From: a virus
DNA length: 64,000 nucleotides
Strand: one strand, 5' to 3'
IMG/VR virus record: IMGVR_UViG_3300024978_000122
A program made the translations under genes and the position numbers. Shown here one piece after another: positions 43,495-52,800 of the stretch. Each line of letters begins with the position of its first letter. Position 1 is the stretch's first letter. The notes beneath the pieces were generated by a model that saw nothing but the letters and a program-made list of their open reading frames with translations, made no database searches and had not been told where the DNA came from.

Positions 43495-45033
43495 TCAGGA
43501 AATCGACTGGCTGCCGGTGGCGTCGGGTGTGACGGCGTTGCGGTTGGGTTCCGCGCTGCCGCCGTCCTTCGACGTGTAGCGAGGGTCGGAATCAAAGATC
43601 AGGCCGAGGTCGTCGGCGCGCTGGTTGTCGGCGGCGATCTCGCGGTCGACGTCTTCGGCGTCGTAGCCGTTGGCCGAGATGGCTTCCGAGCGCGACATCA
43701 AGCCCGCGCGGATGGCCAGCAACATCGCCTTGAATTCCTTCTCCGGATCGACCCACTGCCAGCCCTGCGGAATCCACTTCACGGCGAGGTACTGACGACG
43801 ACGGGCGGGCCCGCCACGCGCGAAGCCCGGCGCTTCGAGCGCCCCGGCGAGCACGGCCTGCTTCATCCACGCCGCCCACACCGGACGGCACAGCTGATGC
43901 ACCAGCACGCCGTGCTGCAGCATCTCGCAGCGCCGCCGGAACTCCAGCATCCCGGCACGGATGGACGAGTAGTTCACGCCGGTCAGATCGCCGGTCAGTT
44001 GTTCGTAGGTGATGCCGATGGCGGCGGCAACCGCGCGGAACTGCGTGCGCAGGAACTCGGAGTACGAACCGCCCACGTCGGCGGGATCGGAGAACTTGAT
44101 GTCCTCGCCGGGCTCCAGAATCTGCAGCGTTCCCGGCTCCAGCCCGGCGAACGCAATCCCTTCGGCGTCGGCTGCGCCTTCGCCCATCAGGTTGTCTTCC
44201 GGGTTGGCGCGCGTGACGAAGCCCGCGAACATCGCGGCGGTCTTCTTGCGCACCAGTTCGGCGTCGTCGTACTGGTCGAGTTCGTTGAGCTTGACGAGCG
44301 CCCGCGACAACCACGGCTCGCCGCGAATCTGGCCTGGGCGCAGCACGCGGAACAGATGGATGATTTCCGCAGCCGGGATGCGCACCGTGTCCATCCCGCC
44401 CTGGCCCGACATCGGCGCAAGACGCCCGTCCTCGGGATGCGAGCGGTACAGGTGGTAGGCGACGCGCCGCCCCAGGCTGTCGAACTCGATGCCGGAGCGC
44501 ACGACGTTGCCCGAAGGAAGATCGGTGTTCAGATTGATCGGCAGGTGCTCGGGCTCCAGCAACTGAAGCTGCAGCGGCACGACCAGCCCGTCCTCCGGGC
44601 GTCGCGGCCGCAAGCGGATCAGGCATTCGCCGCCTTCGAGCATTGCGCGGCAGGCCAGCGCCTGCAAACCGTAGAAGTCAGTCTGACCGGCGGCGTCGGC
44701 TTCCGCCGTCCAGTCGCGCCACAGCGCCTGCACTTCGGCCTTGAACGCCTCGTCGGGCGACAGGCTCTGCGGCTTGATGCCGGTGCCGACCGCGTTGGCC
44801 ACGAAGGCTTCGATGCCTGCCTGCGCCCAGGCATTGCGGCGCACGAGGTCACGGCTCTTGCCGCGCAGTTCGTTGCTGGTCGCCAGCATCGCGGCGACCG
44901 CGCCGGGGTTGCCGGGCATCCACGCCAGCGAGCGACGACCACGCCCCGCTGCCTCGTGGACGGGAGGCTGACCGAAGAGGCTACGGAGTTTGCCTAGCCA
45001 GCTTGCTGGCGTTCGTGATGTTGTCCAGGCCAT
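43495..45033 (-). CDS. Portal protein, lambda family
   Basis: RDLVRRNAW, GECLIRLR, RPGQIRGEPW, GITYEQLTGDLTGVNYSSIRAG, WVDPEKE. Confidence 0.96.
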   Translation of the reverse strand: MAWTTSRTPASWLGKLRSLFGQPPVHEAAGRGRRSLAWMPGNPGAVAAMLATSNELRGKSRDLVRRNAWAQAGIEAFVANAVGTGIKPQSLSPDEAFKAEVQALWRDWTAEADAAGQTDFYGLQALACRAMLEGGECLIRLRPRRPEDGLVVPLQLQLLEPEHLPINLNTDLPSGNVVRSGIEFDSLGRRVAYHLYRSHPEDGRLAPMSGQGGMDTVRIPAAEIIHLFRVLRPGQIRGEPWLSRALVKLNELDQYDDAELVRKKTAAMFAGFVTRANPEDNLMGEGAADAEGIAFAGLEPGTLQILEPGEDIKFSDPADVGGSYSEFLRTQFRAVAAAIGITYEQLTGDLTGVNYSSIRAGMLEFRRRCEMLQHGVLVHQLCRPVWAAWMKQAVLAGALEAPGFARGGPARRRQYLAVKWIPQGWQWVDPEKEFKAMLLAIRAGLMSRSEAISANGYDAEDVDREIAADNQRADDLGLIFDSDPRYTSKDGGSAEPNRNAVTPDATGSQSIS

Positions 45034-45254
45034 CAGAACCCCTTCGACGTCGTGACCCGGATCTGGCGCGGCGCACCGGGCAGCAGCCCGGTTTCAGCCG
45101 CCTGCTGCAGCAGTCCGCGCCTGACCTCGCGGATCGCGGCCATCAGTTCGTCGACCGAGCGGTACTCGACCGTCTTGTCGGCAAAGGTCACGCGCCGTTC
45201 GCCCTTGGCGAGCGCGCTCTCCAAGGCCTGGAGTTGGATTTCTGTGTAGGCCAT
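45033..45254 (-). CDS. Head-tail connector (gpW-like)
   Basis: LESALAKGERRVTFADKTVEYRSVDEL. Confidence 0.85.
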   Translation of the reverse strand: MAYTEIQLQALESALAKGERRVTFADKTVEYRSVDELMAAIREVRRGLLQQAAETGLLPGAPRQIRVTTSKGF

Positions 45255-45646
45255 CAACGGTACACCACGAGATTGATTTCGGAGGAGTCGTCGAACGACG
45301 TTGCAGTCGTCGCACAGGAGATGTCGACGTACTGGGCCGTCTTGAGGTCGGAGCTGGCGCGCACGACGGCCACTCGTTGCTGGCCGCTGTTGACGCTGCT
45401 GCGTGCGAGCGCCGTCCAGCAGTAGTTCGCATCCGGCATCGCCACGGCGAAATGCACGCGATATCGGCCCGCCGCCGTGCGCACGACGCTGGCCACGTTG
45501 CGCGCGCTGGCGATCACGACCTGACCGCCCTCGTAGCCGAAGCTCACCCACACCCGGGCGAGACCAGGATGTGTGGCGTCGATCTTGGTCTTGACCTCGA
45601 AGCCGATGCGCGCCGCAAGAGCGGCGATGCTGGACGCGAGGCTCAT
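45254..45646 (-). CDS. Fibre-tip-like protein between terL and portal
   Basis: ARVWVSF..RNVASVVRTAAGRYRVHF..MPDANY resembles phage fibre distal domains. Confidence 0.55.
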   Translation of the reverse strand: MSLASSIAALAARIGFEVKTKIDATHPGLARVWVSFGYEGGQVVIASARNVASVVRTAAGRYRVHFAVAMPDANYCWTALARSSVNSGQQRVAVVRASSDLKTAQYVDISCATTATSFDDSSEINLVVYR

Positions 45647-46137
45647 CAGGCCAGCGCCCCGTCGAAGACCACGACGAAGTCGGTGTCGGTGTTCCCGACA
45701 TCGGCGGCCGCCACCGCGCCGATGTTGGTGCGGGCCTGCAGTTGCTCGGCAACCGTCAAGGTCTGCGCCGCGTCGAAGCGCACCCGCAGACTGACGGCGG
45801 CCAGGAGCGCGTCCAGACCCGTCGTGCCGTTCTGCAGCAACTGCTGGATTTCCACCAGAGTGTCGTAGGCGGCGTCCGCGCCACCCAGGATGTCGGCCTT
45901 GAGCGCGTCGAGCAGCGACACGATCTTGTTCGACGAGTAAGTGCTGGAGGCGGCGATCTGGCTGTCGTCGATGGCGGTGGCGGACAGCACCGCCGCCTTC
46001 AGCTCGTTGACCGCCGCGACCAGACTCGACTTGTCGGTGGTGGACAGGTTGGCGAGATTGCCTGCGGTGGCCCGGACGTCGTTGAACTCCTGCGCGACGC
46101 GGATGACCAGACTCTCGATGCGGGTGGCAAGACTCAT
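45646..46137 (-). CDS. Fibre-shaft-like protein between terL and portal
   Basis: LSTTDKSSLVAAVNEL, AYDTLVEI and QARTNIGA are motifs seen in phage fibres. Confidence 0.55.
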   Translation of the reverse strand: MSLATRIESLVIRVAQEFNDVRATAGNLANLSTTDKSSLVAAVNELKAAVLSATAIDDSQIAASSTYSSNKIVSLLDALKADILGGADAAYDTLVEIQQLLQNGTTGLDALLAAVSLRVRFDAAQTLTVAEQLQARTNIGAVAAADVGNTDTDFVVVFDGALA

Positions 46138-46166
46138 GTGTTCTCCTTGGTTTGAAGCGGCCGCCG

Positions 46167-48122
46167 TCAACGAAGCCAACGGCTTCGGATGACGCGCCGA
46201 CCGGAATTGCGGGTTCCAGAAGCAGCGAGGCCACCGCGTCGGGTGGCCTCGTTCAATTCGATGTCGTGGATGGGCGGTGGCTCATCCGGTGGGGGTGCTA
46301 CCCCCAGTTGCCGCTCCAGTTCGCGCCAGTGGCGTTCCTCGAAGCGATCCAGTCCCGTGCTGGATGCGGCCGCGCGGGCGTAGACGTAGCAGTCCAGGGC
46401 CTCGTTGCGCTCGCGCATCTTTTGCCACTCGCGCACCGGGAAGCCGTTGCGGTCGCGGCGGGTGATCAATTGCTCCGCGCAGAGCTGCTGGATGAACTCG
46501 GCGTCGATCTTCGGCAGATGGACGAACCCGGCCGGAAACACCGGGGTCAAGCCGTCCTCGCCGACGTCCGCGCTCTTACGCAGGTTGTTGTAGAACTCCA
46601 ACTTGGCGATGCCGACCGCCACCGTGAACACCTTGATGCCCCGGCGCAGCTTCTTGCCGCCCTGCGAGACATCGATGGCAGTCGGCGTGCCGATCAGGGC
46701 AGCACCGCGTGGCACGCCCTTGACCGCCATCACGCGCGGATCGTGGCAGGCACGCACGAAGGCGTAGGCTTCCTGCGTGGCAAAGCCGGTGTCCAGCGCG
46801 AAACGCGCCAGTGGCATTGCCACGCCCGAGGCGTGCGTCCAGTTCTCGGCCAGCATCGCGGCCAGCGCCCTCCACACTGCGTCCCGGGCGGTGTCACCCA
46901 TCAGCACGCGGTGCTCGACCAGCCACGATTCCTTGCCGCGCCCGAAGGCCCAGACCGAGGCCTCGATGCGATCTTTCTGCACGTCCGCGCCGCCAACCAG
47001 CAGCAGACCGCCTTGCGGCACGCTGCCGATGCGGTACTCCTCGCGGCGCTCGACCAGCCGTTGCCAGTCGGGCGCTTCGCCTTCCTCGACCCAGGTCTCG
47101 CCCAGCTCGGTGTTCTTGAAGGTCTTGATCGCGGCGGCCGATCCCGATTCCTTGTTGACGGCGGCTTCCCACGCGGCGGCGATGTCGCGCCACGAGCGCC
47201 AGCCCACCGGGCTGTACAGCGACGACAGGTGAAATCCCGCCGTCTTGCCCTCGGCCATCGCGCGCCATTCGCCGTGCTCCAGCATCCACGTCTTGTGATG
47301 CTCGGCAATCGCCGTGTCGCAGGATTCGCAGATGTAGGCGGCGGTTTCCGGTTGCCCCTTGTCCCAGCGCAGTTGCTCGAAGCGCAACCACTGCGGGTGG
47401 TTGCAGTGCGGGCACGGCACGAAGTAGCGGCGCTGGTCGCTGGCCTCGTACTCGCGTTCGATGGCGCTCGCCCCGGAGATCGTCGGCGTCGACACGATGA
47501 AGATCTTGCGGCGCGCGAAGGTGCGCGTGCGCGCCTCGGCCAGCGAGATCGCATCGCCTTCGCCCTCGACGTCCAGCGGGTAGCCGTCCACTTCGTCGAG
47601 GAACAGGTAGCGCACCGGCATCGAGCGCAGGCCCACCGCGCTGTTCGCGCCGGTCATCACCAGCACGCCGCCCCGGAACTCCTTGGCCAGAATCGTGTTG
47701 CCCGAATCCCGGCTGCGCGCGGGCGCGATCAATTCCGCCAGCGCCGCCGACTCCTCGATCAGCGGGTCGATTCGCTGCTTCGAGTTGCGCTTGGCCATCT
47801 CCACCGTCGGCCAGACCGCCATCATCGGGCCCGGTGCGTGGTGGATCACGTAGCCGATCCAGTTCGATCCCATTTCGGTCGCGCCGAGCTGAGCGGCCTT
47901 CATGAACGCCACGCGCTCAACCGGCGAGGTCGGCGACAGGCAATCCATGATCGCCTTCAGGTACGGCGTGCGGCTGGTGCGCCAGCGCCCGGGTTCGGCG
48001 GAGGCCTTGCTGGAGAGCATCCGATGGCGATCCGACCATTCCGACACGGTGAGTAGCGGATCAGGCGTCAAGCCGTCGCGCCACGCGCGTTCGATCTCAA
48101 CAGCGCCTTCGTAATCGTCCAT
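46167..48122 (-). CDS. terL: Terminase large subunit, lambda gpA family
   Basis: PGRWRTSRTPY, MKAAQLGATE, YLFLDEVDGY, CPHC Zn motif, DVQKDRIE, RNEALDC. Confidence 0.96.
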   Translation of the reverse strand: MDDYEGAVEIERAWRDGLTPDPLLTVSEWSDRHRMLSSKASAEPGRWRTSRTPYLKAIMDCLSPTSPVERVAFMKAAQLGATEMGSNWIGYVIHHAPGPMMAVWPTVEMAKRNSKQRIDPLIEESAALAELIAPARSRDSGNTILAKEFRGGVLVMTGANSAVGLRSMPVRYLFLDEVDGYPLDVEGEGDAISLAEARTRTFARRKIFIVSTPTISGASAIEREYEASDQRRYFVPCPHCNHPQWLRFEQLRWDKGQPETAAYICESCDTAIAEHHKTWMLEHGEWRAMAEGKTAGFHLSSLYSPVGWRSWRDIAAAWEAAVNKESGSAAAIKTFKNTELGETWVEEGEAPDWQRLVERREEYRIGSVPQGGLLLVGGADVQKDRIEASVWAFGRGKESWLVEHRVLMGDTARDAVWRALAAMLAENWTHASGVAMPLARFALDTGFATQEAYAFVRACHDPRVMAVKGVPRGAALIGTPTAIDVSQGGKKLRRGIKVFTVAVGIAKLEFYNNLRKSADVGEDGLTPVFPAGFVHLPKIDAEFIQQLCAEQLITRRDRNGFPVREWQKMRERNEALDCYVYARAAASSTGLDRFEERHWRELERQLGVAPPPDEPPPIHDIELNEATRRGGLAASGTRNSGRRVIRSRWLR

Positions 48123-48124
48123 CG

Positions 48125-48691
48125 TCAATCCACGCGCGGGCGCAGCTCGCCCAGTTCGATCAGGTGCTCGCGCACGGCGGCTTCCAGCGTGACGTGCATC
48201 GTGTGCGCGTCGATGCCAAGCGCTGAGGCCATCTGCCCCGAGATGCGCGCGGGCCAGTTCAACCACGCGTCGCGCTCGATGCGTGCGAGCTTGAAAACGT
48301 GGGCCACGGCCTGCGCCCGATCCACCAGTTCCTTCTTGCGGTGCGCCAGCTCCAGGTTGTTGAGCTTGGCCTTGAGCACCTCGTTGACCGTGCGCGCCTG
48401 CAAGAGCGAGGTACCGCCCGCCGACATCGGCGCTGTGCTGGTGTCGGAGACATCGCGCTGCGGTGTCGCTTCGGCGGGCGCGAGCGCGGGTCGCGCCTTC
48501 GTGGTGCCGACCTTCTCCTGCGCAGCGGCGCGGCGCGGCTGCAATGTGTTTTGTGCCCACTGGGCGTCCGCCGCATCCGGATCAATCGTGCCGTCAGGCA
48601 GTGCGGTGATCCGCCCGGTGTCGATGGCCTTCTTCACGGCCACGTGCGACACGCCACGGTGGCGCGCGTAGGCGCGAATCGAGAGTCCCAT
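48125..48691 (-). CDS. terS: Terminase small subunit (Nu1-like)
   Basis: N-terminal HTH SIRAYARHRGVSHVAVKKAI, coiled coil, directly upstream of terL. Confidence 0.8.
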   Translation of the reverse strand: MGLSIRAYARHRGVSHVAVKKAIDTGRITALPDGTIDPDAADAQWAQNTLQPRRAAAQEKVGTTKARPALAPAEATPQRDVSDTSTAPMSAGGTSLLQARTVNEVLKAKLNNLELAHRKKELVDRAQAVAHVFKLARIERDAWLNWPARISGQMASALGIDAHTMHVTLEAAVREHLIELGELRPRVD

Positions 48692-48734
48692 CGTCACCTT
48701 CTTCAATCATCTGTTCGTCATTCCTGCGGATTGA

Positions 48735-48765
48735 GCTTGGCTTCCATCGGGAACAGCGCGTTCAT
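48735..48765 (+). promoter_or_regulatory. Recurrent promoter-like motif, copy 2
   Basis: GCTTGGCTTCCATCGGGAACAGCGCGTTCAT, 35 nt upstream of 48801. Confidence 0.6.
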
Positions 48766-48800
48766 CACGTCACGCCAACCACACCCCGAAAGGAAACGCC

Positions 48801-49007
48801 ATGAGCCAGATCGACACCATCCTCACCCTGATCGCCCAGAAGCATCTGGGCATCGACACCCTGCAAACCCGCCACGCCGACAGCCTGGACTTCCACGACA
48901 CGGCGGTGTGGTGCATCCGGGACGCGCTGGAAGCGGCCTTCAAGGCGGGCGTCGAACTCGGCGCGTCGAGCCCGAAAGCCACGGAAGCGGAGATCGCCAA
49001 GGACTGA
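48801..49007 (+). CDS. DUF6900-like small protein
   Basis: LQTRHADSLDFHDTAVWCIRDALEAAFKAG. Confidence 0.75.
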   Translation: MSQIDTILTLIAQKHLGIDTLQTRHADSLDFHDTAVWCIRDALEAAFKAGVELGASSPKATEAEIAKD

Positions 49008-49036
49008 TCGGAAACCCACGAAACCAAGCGGAAAGC

Positions 49037-49067
49037 GCTTGGCTTCACTCCCGAACAGCGCGTTCAT
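49037..49067 (+). promoter_or_regulatory. Recurrent promoter-like motif, copy 3
   Basis: GCTTGGCTTCACTCCCGAACAGCGCGTTCAT, overlapped by hairpin CCAAGCG-GAAAG-CGCTTGG. Confidence 0.6.
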
Positions 49068-49102
49068 CACATCGTCATCCACCACCCCCGAAGGAGCAGC
49101 CC

Positions 49103-49624
49103 ATGACCACCACCCAACTCACCCCGGCCCAGCACGCCATCCTCGCCAAGGCCATCAACACCAGCGGCGGCAAGATCGACTGGTTCCCCGACAACATCAA
49201 AGGCGGCGCGCGCAAAAAGGTGCTCGACGGCCTGTTCAACCGCGCCCTGATCACGCCCGATGGCGAGGGCTGGTGCGTCGCCGCCGAGGGCTACGACGCC
49301 TTGGGCATGAAACGCCCCACGATCCCGCAGCCGACGCCGGAAGTCGATGCCGAACTGGAGCAGGCTGTTGCCGCCGCCGAAGCGACGTGGACGCAAGCGC
49401 CGACACCGGCCAAGCCGCGCACGCGCGACAACAGCAAGCAGGCCGAAGTGATCCGGATGCTGCAACGCCCCGAGGGCGCAACCATCGGCCAGATCTGCAC
49501 CGCCACCGGCTGGCAGGCGCACACGGTGCGCGGCACCTTTGCCGGAGCCTTCAAGAAAAAGCTCGGCCTGACCATCGTCTCGGACAAGCCGCAGGGCGGC
49601 GAGCGGGTCTACCGCATCGCCTGA
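49103..49624 (+). CDS. DUF3489 wHTH protein
   Basis: SKQAEVIRMLQRPEGATIGQICTATGWQAHTVRG..KKKLGL..RVYRI. Confidence 0.88.
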   Translation: MTTTQLTPAQHAILAKAINTSGGKIDWFPDNIKGGARKKVLDGLFNRALITPDGEGWCVAAEGYDALGMKRPTIPQPTPEVDAELEQAVAAAEATWTQAPTPAKPRTRDNSKQAEVIRMLQRPEGATIGQICTATGWQAHTVRGTFAGAFKKKLGLTIVSDKPQGGERVYRIA

Positions 49625-49652
49625 AAAAAGATCGAGAAAGAAGCCAAGAACA

Positions 49653-49683
49653 GCTTGGCTTCTCAATCGGACAGCGCGTTACT
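49653..49683 (+). promoter_or_regulatory. Recurrent promoter-like motif, copy 4
   Basis: GCTTGGCTTCTCAATCGGACAGCGCGTTACT, overlapped by the 10-bp inverted repeat AGAAGCCAAG/CTTGGCTTCT (49639-49663). Confidence 0.55.
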
Positions 49684-49721
49684 ACGGGTGTCGCAACGAT
49701 CAACCCGAAGGAGAAAGCACC

Positions 49722-50087
49722 ATGACCAGCATCCCGATCCCCGCCACCCAGAACGAAGCCTGGGGCTTTTGGGGCACGATGAACGAGCACGCCAGCGGCG
49801 CGTGGCCCCTGGCGATGAGCGCCATCTCGGACGCCACCGGCCAGCCCCTCGAATCGGTACGGGTCTTCCTCGACAGCCGCCACGGCCGCCACTTTGCCGA
49901 CGACGTCCAGAACGGGCTTTACGAGGGCAAGGCCCTGGCGAATGCGATCAACGCCGCCACCCAACGCTGGATGGGCTGGACGATTGGCCGCCAGACCAGC
50001 AAGCAGTACGGCATCCCGCGCGGCCTGCCTTACCTGACGGGCTTCGTGATTCACTGCGAGATCCTCGACGAGTCGCTGGCCGCCTGA
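49722..50087 (+). CDS. Hypothetical phage protein
   Basis: AAGGAG RBS; FLDSRHGRHFADDV..YGIPRGLPYLTGF. Confidence 0.75.
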   Translation: MTSIPIPATQNEAWGFWGTMNEHASGAWPLAMSAISDATGQPLESVRVFLDSRHGRHFADDVQNGLYEGKALANAINAATQRWMGWTIGRQTSKQYGIPRGLPYLTGFVIHCEILDESLAA

Positions 50088-51313
50088 TCGAGCACCGCGC
50101 CATCCGCCTCGCGGGTGGCCTGCTTGCCGGTGAAATCCTCCCACCGGCGCACGATCACGTCCACGTACTTCGGATCGAGTTCGATCAGCCGCGCGACGCG
50201 GCCTGACTTTTCGGCTGCAATCAACGTCGTGCCGGAGCCACCAAACGGGTCGAGCACCACGTTGCCGGGGCGGCTCGAATTGCGGATCGCGCGCTCGACC
50301 AGTTCCACCGGCTTCATCGTCGGGTGCAGGTCGTTCTTCTGCGGCTTTTTGATTGCCCAGACGTCGCCCTGATCGCGGTCGCCGCACCAATGGCGTGTCG
50401 CGCCCTCGGGCCAGCCGTACAGGATCGGCTCGTACTGGCGCTGGTAGTCGGCGCGACCCAGCGTGAACGTGTTCTTGGCCCAGATGATGAACGTCGACCA
50501 CTTGCCCCCGGCGGCGCGGAACGCGGCCTGCAGCACATCCAGTTCGCTGGACGACATCGCCACATAGATCCCGCCCCGGCAGTTCGCCACCGTCGGCGTC
50601 AGTGCCGCCAGCAGGAAGTCGTAGAACCCGTCGCCCAAGTTGTCGTTCAGGATCGCGCGGTCCTTGCCGCGCATCTTGTCCTTGGCGCTGTTGGCGTAGT
50701 TCACGTTGTACGGCGGGTCTGTGAAGACCATGTCGACCGGCTCGCCTTGCAGCAAGGCCTCGTAGCTTGCCGCCACGGTGGCATCGCCGCACAGCAGCCG
50801 GTGTGGGCCCAGCACCCAGACATCGCCCGGGCGCGAGATCGGCGTCTCGCCAACCTCCGGCACCGCATCCTCATCGGTCTGACCCTCGTTGTCCGGCTCG
50901 TCGCCCGCGATCAGTTCCGCCAGCGCGTCGGCGTCGAAGCCGGTGATGTCGAGGTCGAAGCCGTCCAGTTGCAAGGCTTCCAGTTCGATGCGCAGCATCG
51001 CGTCGTCCCAGCCCGCGTTCTCGGCGATGCGGTTGTCCGCGATGACCAGGGCCCGGCGTTGGGTTGGGCTCAAGTGATCGAGTACGACCACCGGCACGAC
51101 CTTCAGCCCAAGTTTCTTGGCGGCGGCCAGCCGTCCGTGGCCAGCGACGATGATGCCGTCGCTGCCCGCCAGGATCGGATTGGTGAATCCGAACTCCGCG
51201 ATGCTGGCAGCGATCTGCGCCACCTGCTCCTCGGAGTGGGTGCGCGCGTTGCGGGCGTAGGGCAGCAGCTTGCCGGTCGGCCACTGCTCGATCTTGTCGG
51301 CCAGCCAGTTCAT
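50051..51313 (-). CDS. ParB-N domain plus DNA methyltransferase (DPPY, probably m6A)
   Basis: YARNARTHSEEQV..IIVAGHGRL; VFTDPPYNV; HPTMKP; LDPFGGSGTT. Confidence 0.92.
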   Translation of the reverse strand: MNWLADKIEQWPTGKLLPYARNARTHSEEQVAQIAASIAEFGFTNPILAGSDGIIVAGHGRLAAAKKLGLKVVPVVVLDHLSPTQRRALVIADNRIAENAGWDDAMLRIELEALQLDGFDLDITGFDADALAELIAGDEPDNEGQTDEDAVPEVGETPISRPGDVWVLGPHRLLCGDATVAASYEALLQGEPVDMVFTDPPYNVNYANSAKDKMRGKDRAILNDNLGDGFYDFLLAALTPTVANCRGGIYVAMSSSELDVLQAAFRAAGGKWSTFIIWAKNTFTLGRADYQRQYEPILYGWPEGATRHWCGDRDQGDVWAIKKPQKNDLHPTMKPVELVERAIRNSSRPGNVVLDPFGGSGTTLIAAEKSGRVARLIELDPKYVDVIVRRWEDFTGKQATREADGAVLDQAASDSSRISQ

Positions 51314-52725
51314 GCCATCACCTCGATGTCAGAGGTGGTAGCGCGCTCGGCGGCGACCTGCTCGAAGGACTGACCGGTGGCGATCAAGCTGACCGGCACA
51401 CCGGGGTGGTTCTGCTGGAAGCGTTTGATGGCAACGTCCACGTACTCCGGCGCGATTTCCACGCTGCGGCAGACGCGGCCCGTGCGCTCGGCCGCCAACA
51501 TCGTGGTGCCGCTGCCGCCGAAGGGTTCGAACACGATGTCGCCAGCGTCGCTGTAGGCCTCGATCACGAACTCCGGCAGCGCGACCGGGAACACGGCGGG
51601 GTGGTCGATGTCCTGACCGATCTTGCCCTTGTGGCGCATCACGCGGATCACGCTGTCGGGGATGCGCGTGTCCTGCGTCGGCAGGCCCTTGTGCGTCCAG
51701 CCGCCGACTTCGCCGTCCTTGCCCCGCATCGCCGTGGACGAGCCATCGGCGCGCAGGTGCGATTCCTGCCCGGCGTGCTTGCAGGGCACGATCTTGTTCG
51801 GCTTGCGGCTTTCGCGGTTGAAGTGGAAAACGAACTCGAAGCTCGGGGCGAAGCGGCCTGCCCAGTCGCCGGGCATCCCCGGCCCCTGATCCCAGACGTA
51901 CCACGCGAAGCGCCGCCAGCCCTGGCTGCGCATCCAGCCGAGCCAGGCGTCCCAATACGGGATCACCTCGTTGTCGCGGTGGATGAGCCCGAGGTTGACC
52001 AGCACCTGACCCTCGCCCGCCATCGGCAGGTGCGCGAACACGCCGCGCATCAGGCCATCCCAATCGGTGATGCCGCCCGAGGTGTAGTCGCGCTGGTTGC
52101 CGTAGGGCGGCGAGGTGAAGCACAGGCGAGCGGTATCGCCTTGCATCAGCGCAGCGACCATGGCCCGGTCGGTGGCGTCGCCGCAGATCAGGCGGTGCGC
52201 GCCGATGGCCCAGATATCGCCCGGGCGGGACACCGCCACGACGGGGGCGTCGGGCACGTCGTCCGCCGCATCCGGTTCGTCGGCATCAGGCTCCGGGTCG
52301 GTACCGGCGTCGGTCACATCACCCGTGAGCAGCGCCTCGATCTCGGCATCCTCGAAACCCGTCAGCGCAAGGTCGTACCCCGCCTCGGACAGGTCGGCCA
52401 ACTCCAACGCCAGCATCTCCTCGTCCCAGCCCGCATCGAGCGCCAGCCGGTTGTCGGCGATCACCAGCGCGCGCTTCTGCGCGACGGTCAGATGGGCCAG
52501 TTCGATCACCGGCACCTGATCCAGCCCAAGCTTGCGCGCGGCAGCCAGACGCCCGTGCCCGGCAATGATGCCGTTGTCGCCATCGACCAGGATCGGATTC
52601 GTCCAGCCATACTCGACGATGCTGGCCGCGATCTTGGCGATCTGACCCTCGGCGTGCGTGCGCGGATTGCGGGCGTAGGGAATCAGCGCCTCGACCTTGC
52701 GGTACTCGACGTTGAGTGTGTTCAA
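51310..52725 (-). CDS. ParB-N domain plus DNA methyltransferase (SPPY, probably m4C)
   Basis: YARNPRTHAEGQI..IIAGHGRL; CFTSPPYG; HPAVFP; FEPFGGSGTT. Confidence 0.92.
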   Translation of the reverse strand: MNTLNVEYRKVEALIPYARNPRTHAEGQIAKIAASIVEYGWTNPILVDGDNGIIAGHGRLAAARKLGLDQVPVIELAHLTVAQKRALVIADNRLALDAGWDEEMLALELADLSEAGYDLALTGFEDAEIEALLTGDVTDAGTDPEPDADEPDAADDVPDAPVVAVSRPGDIWAIGAHRLICGDATDRAMVAALMQGDTARLCFTSPPYGNQRDYTSGGITDWDGLMRGVFAHLPMAGEGQVLVNLGLIHRDNEVIPYWDAWLGWMRSQGWRRFAWYVWDQGPGMPGDWAGRFAPSFEFVFHFNRESRKPNKIVPCKHAGQESHLRADGSSTAMRGKDGEVGGWTHKGLPTQDTRIPDSVIRVMRHKGKIGQDIDHPAVFPVALPEFVIEAYSDAGDIVFEPFGGSGTTMLAAERTGRVCRSVEIAPEYVDVAIKRFQQNHPGVPVSLIATGQSFEQVAAERATTSDIEVMA

Positions 52726-52740
52726 AGTGGAAATCCCAAA

Positions 52741-52775
52741 TGCAAAACCCGCCGAGCGTTGCCGCCGGGCGGGTT
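52741..52775 (-). terminator. Intrinsic terminator just upstream of the first late gene (tR'-like)
   Basis: Minus strand AACCCGCC-C-GGCG-GCAA-CGCT-C-GGCGGGTT-TTGCA: long stem, GNRA loop, U tract. Confidence 0.65.
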
Positions 52776-52800
52776 GAGTGAATGAAGACTCTGGTGGGGT

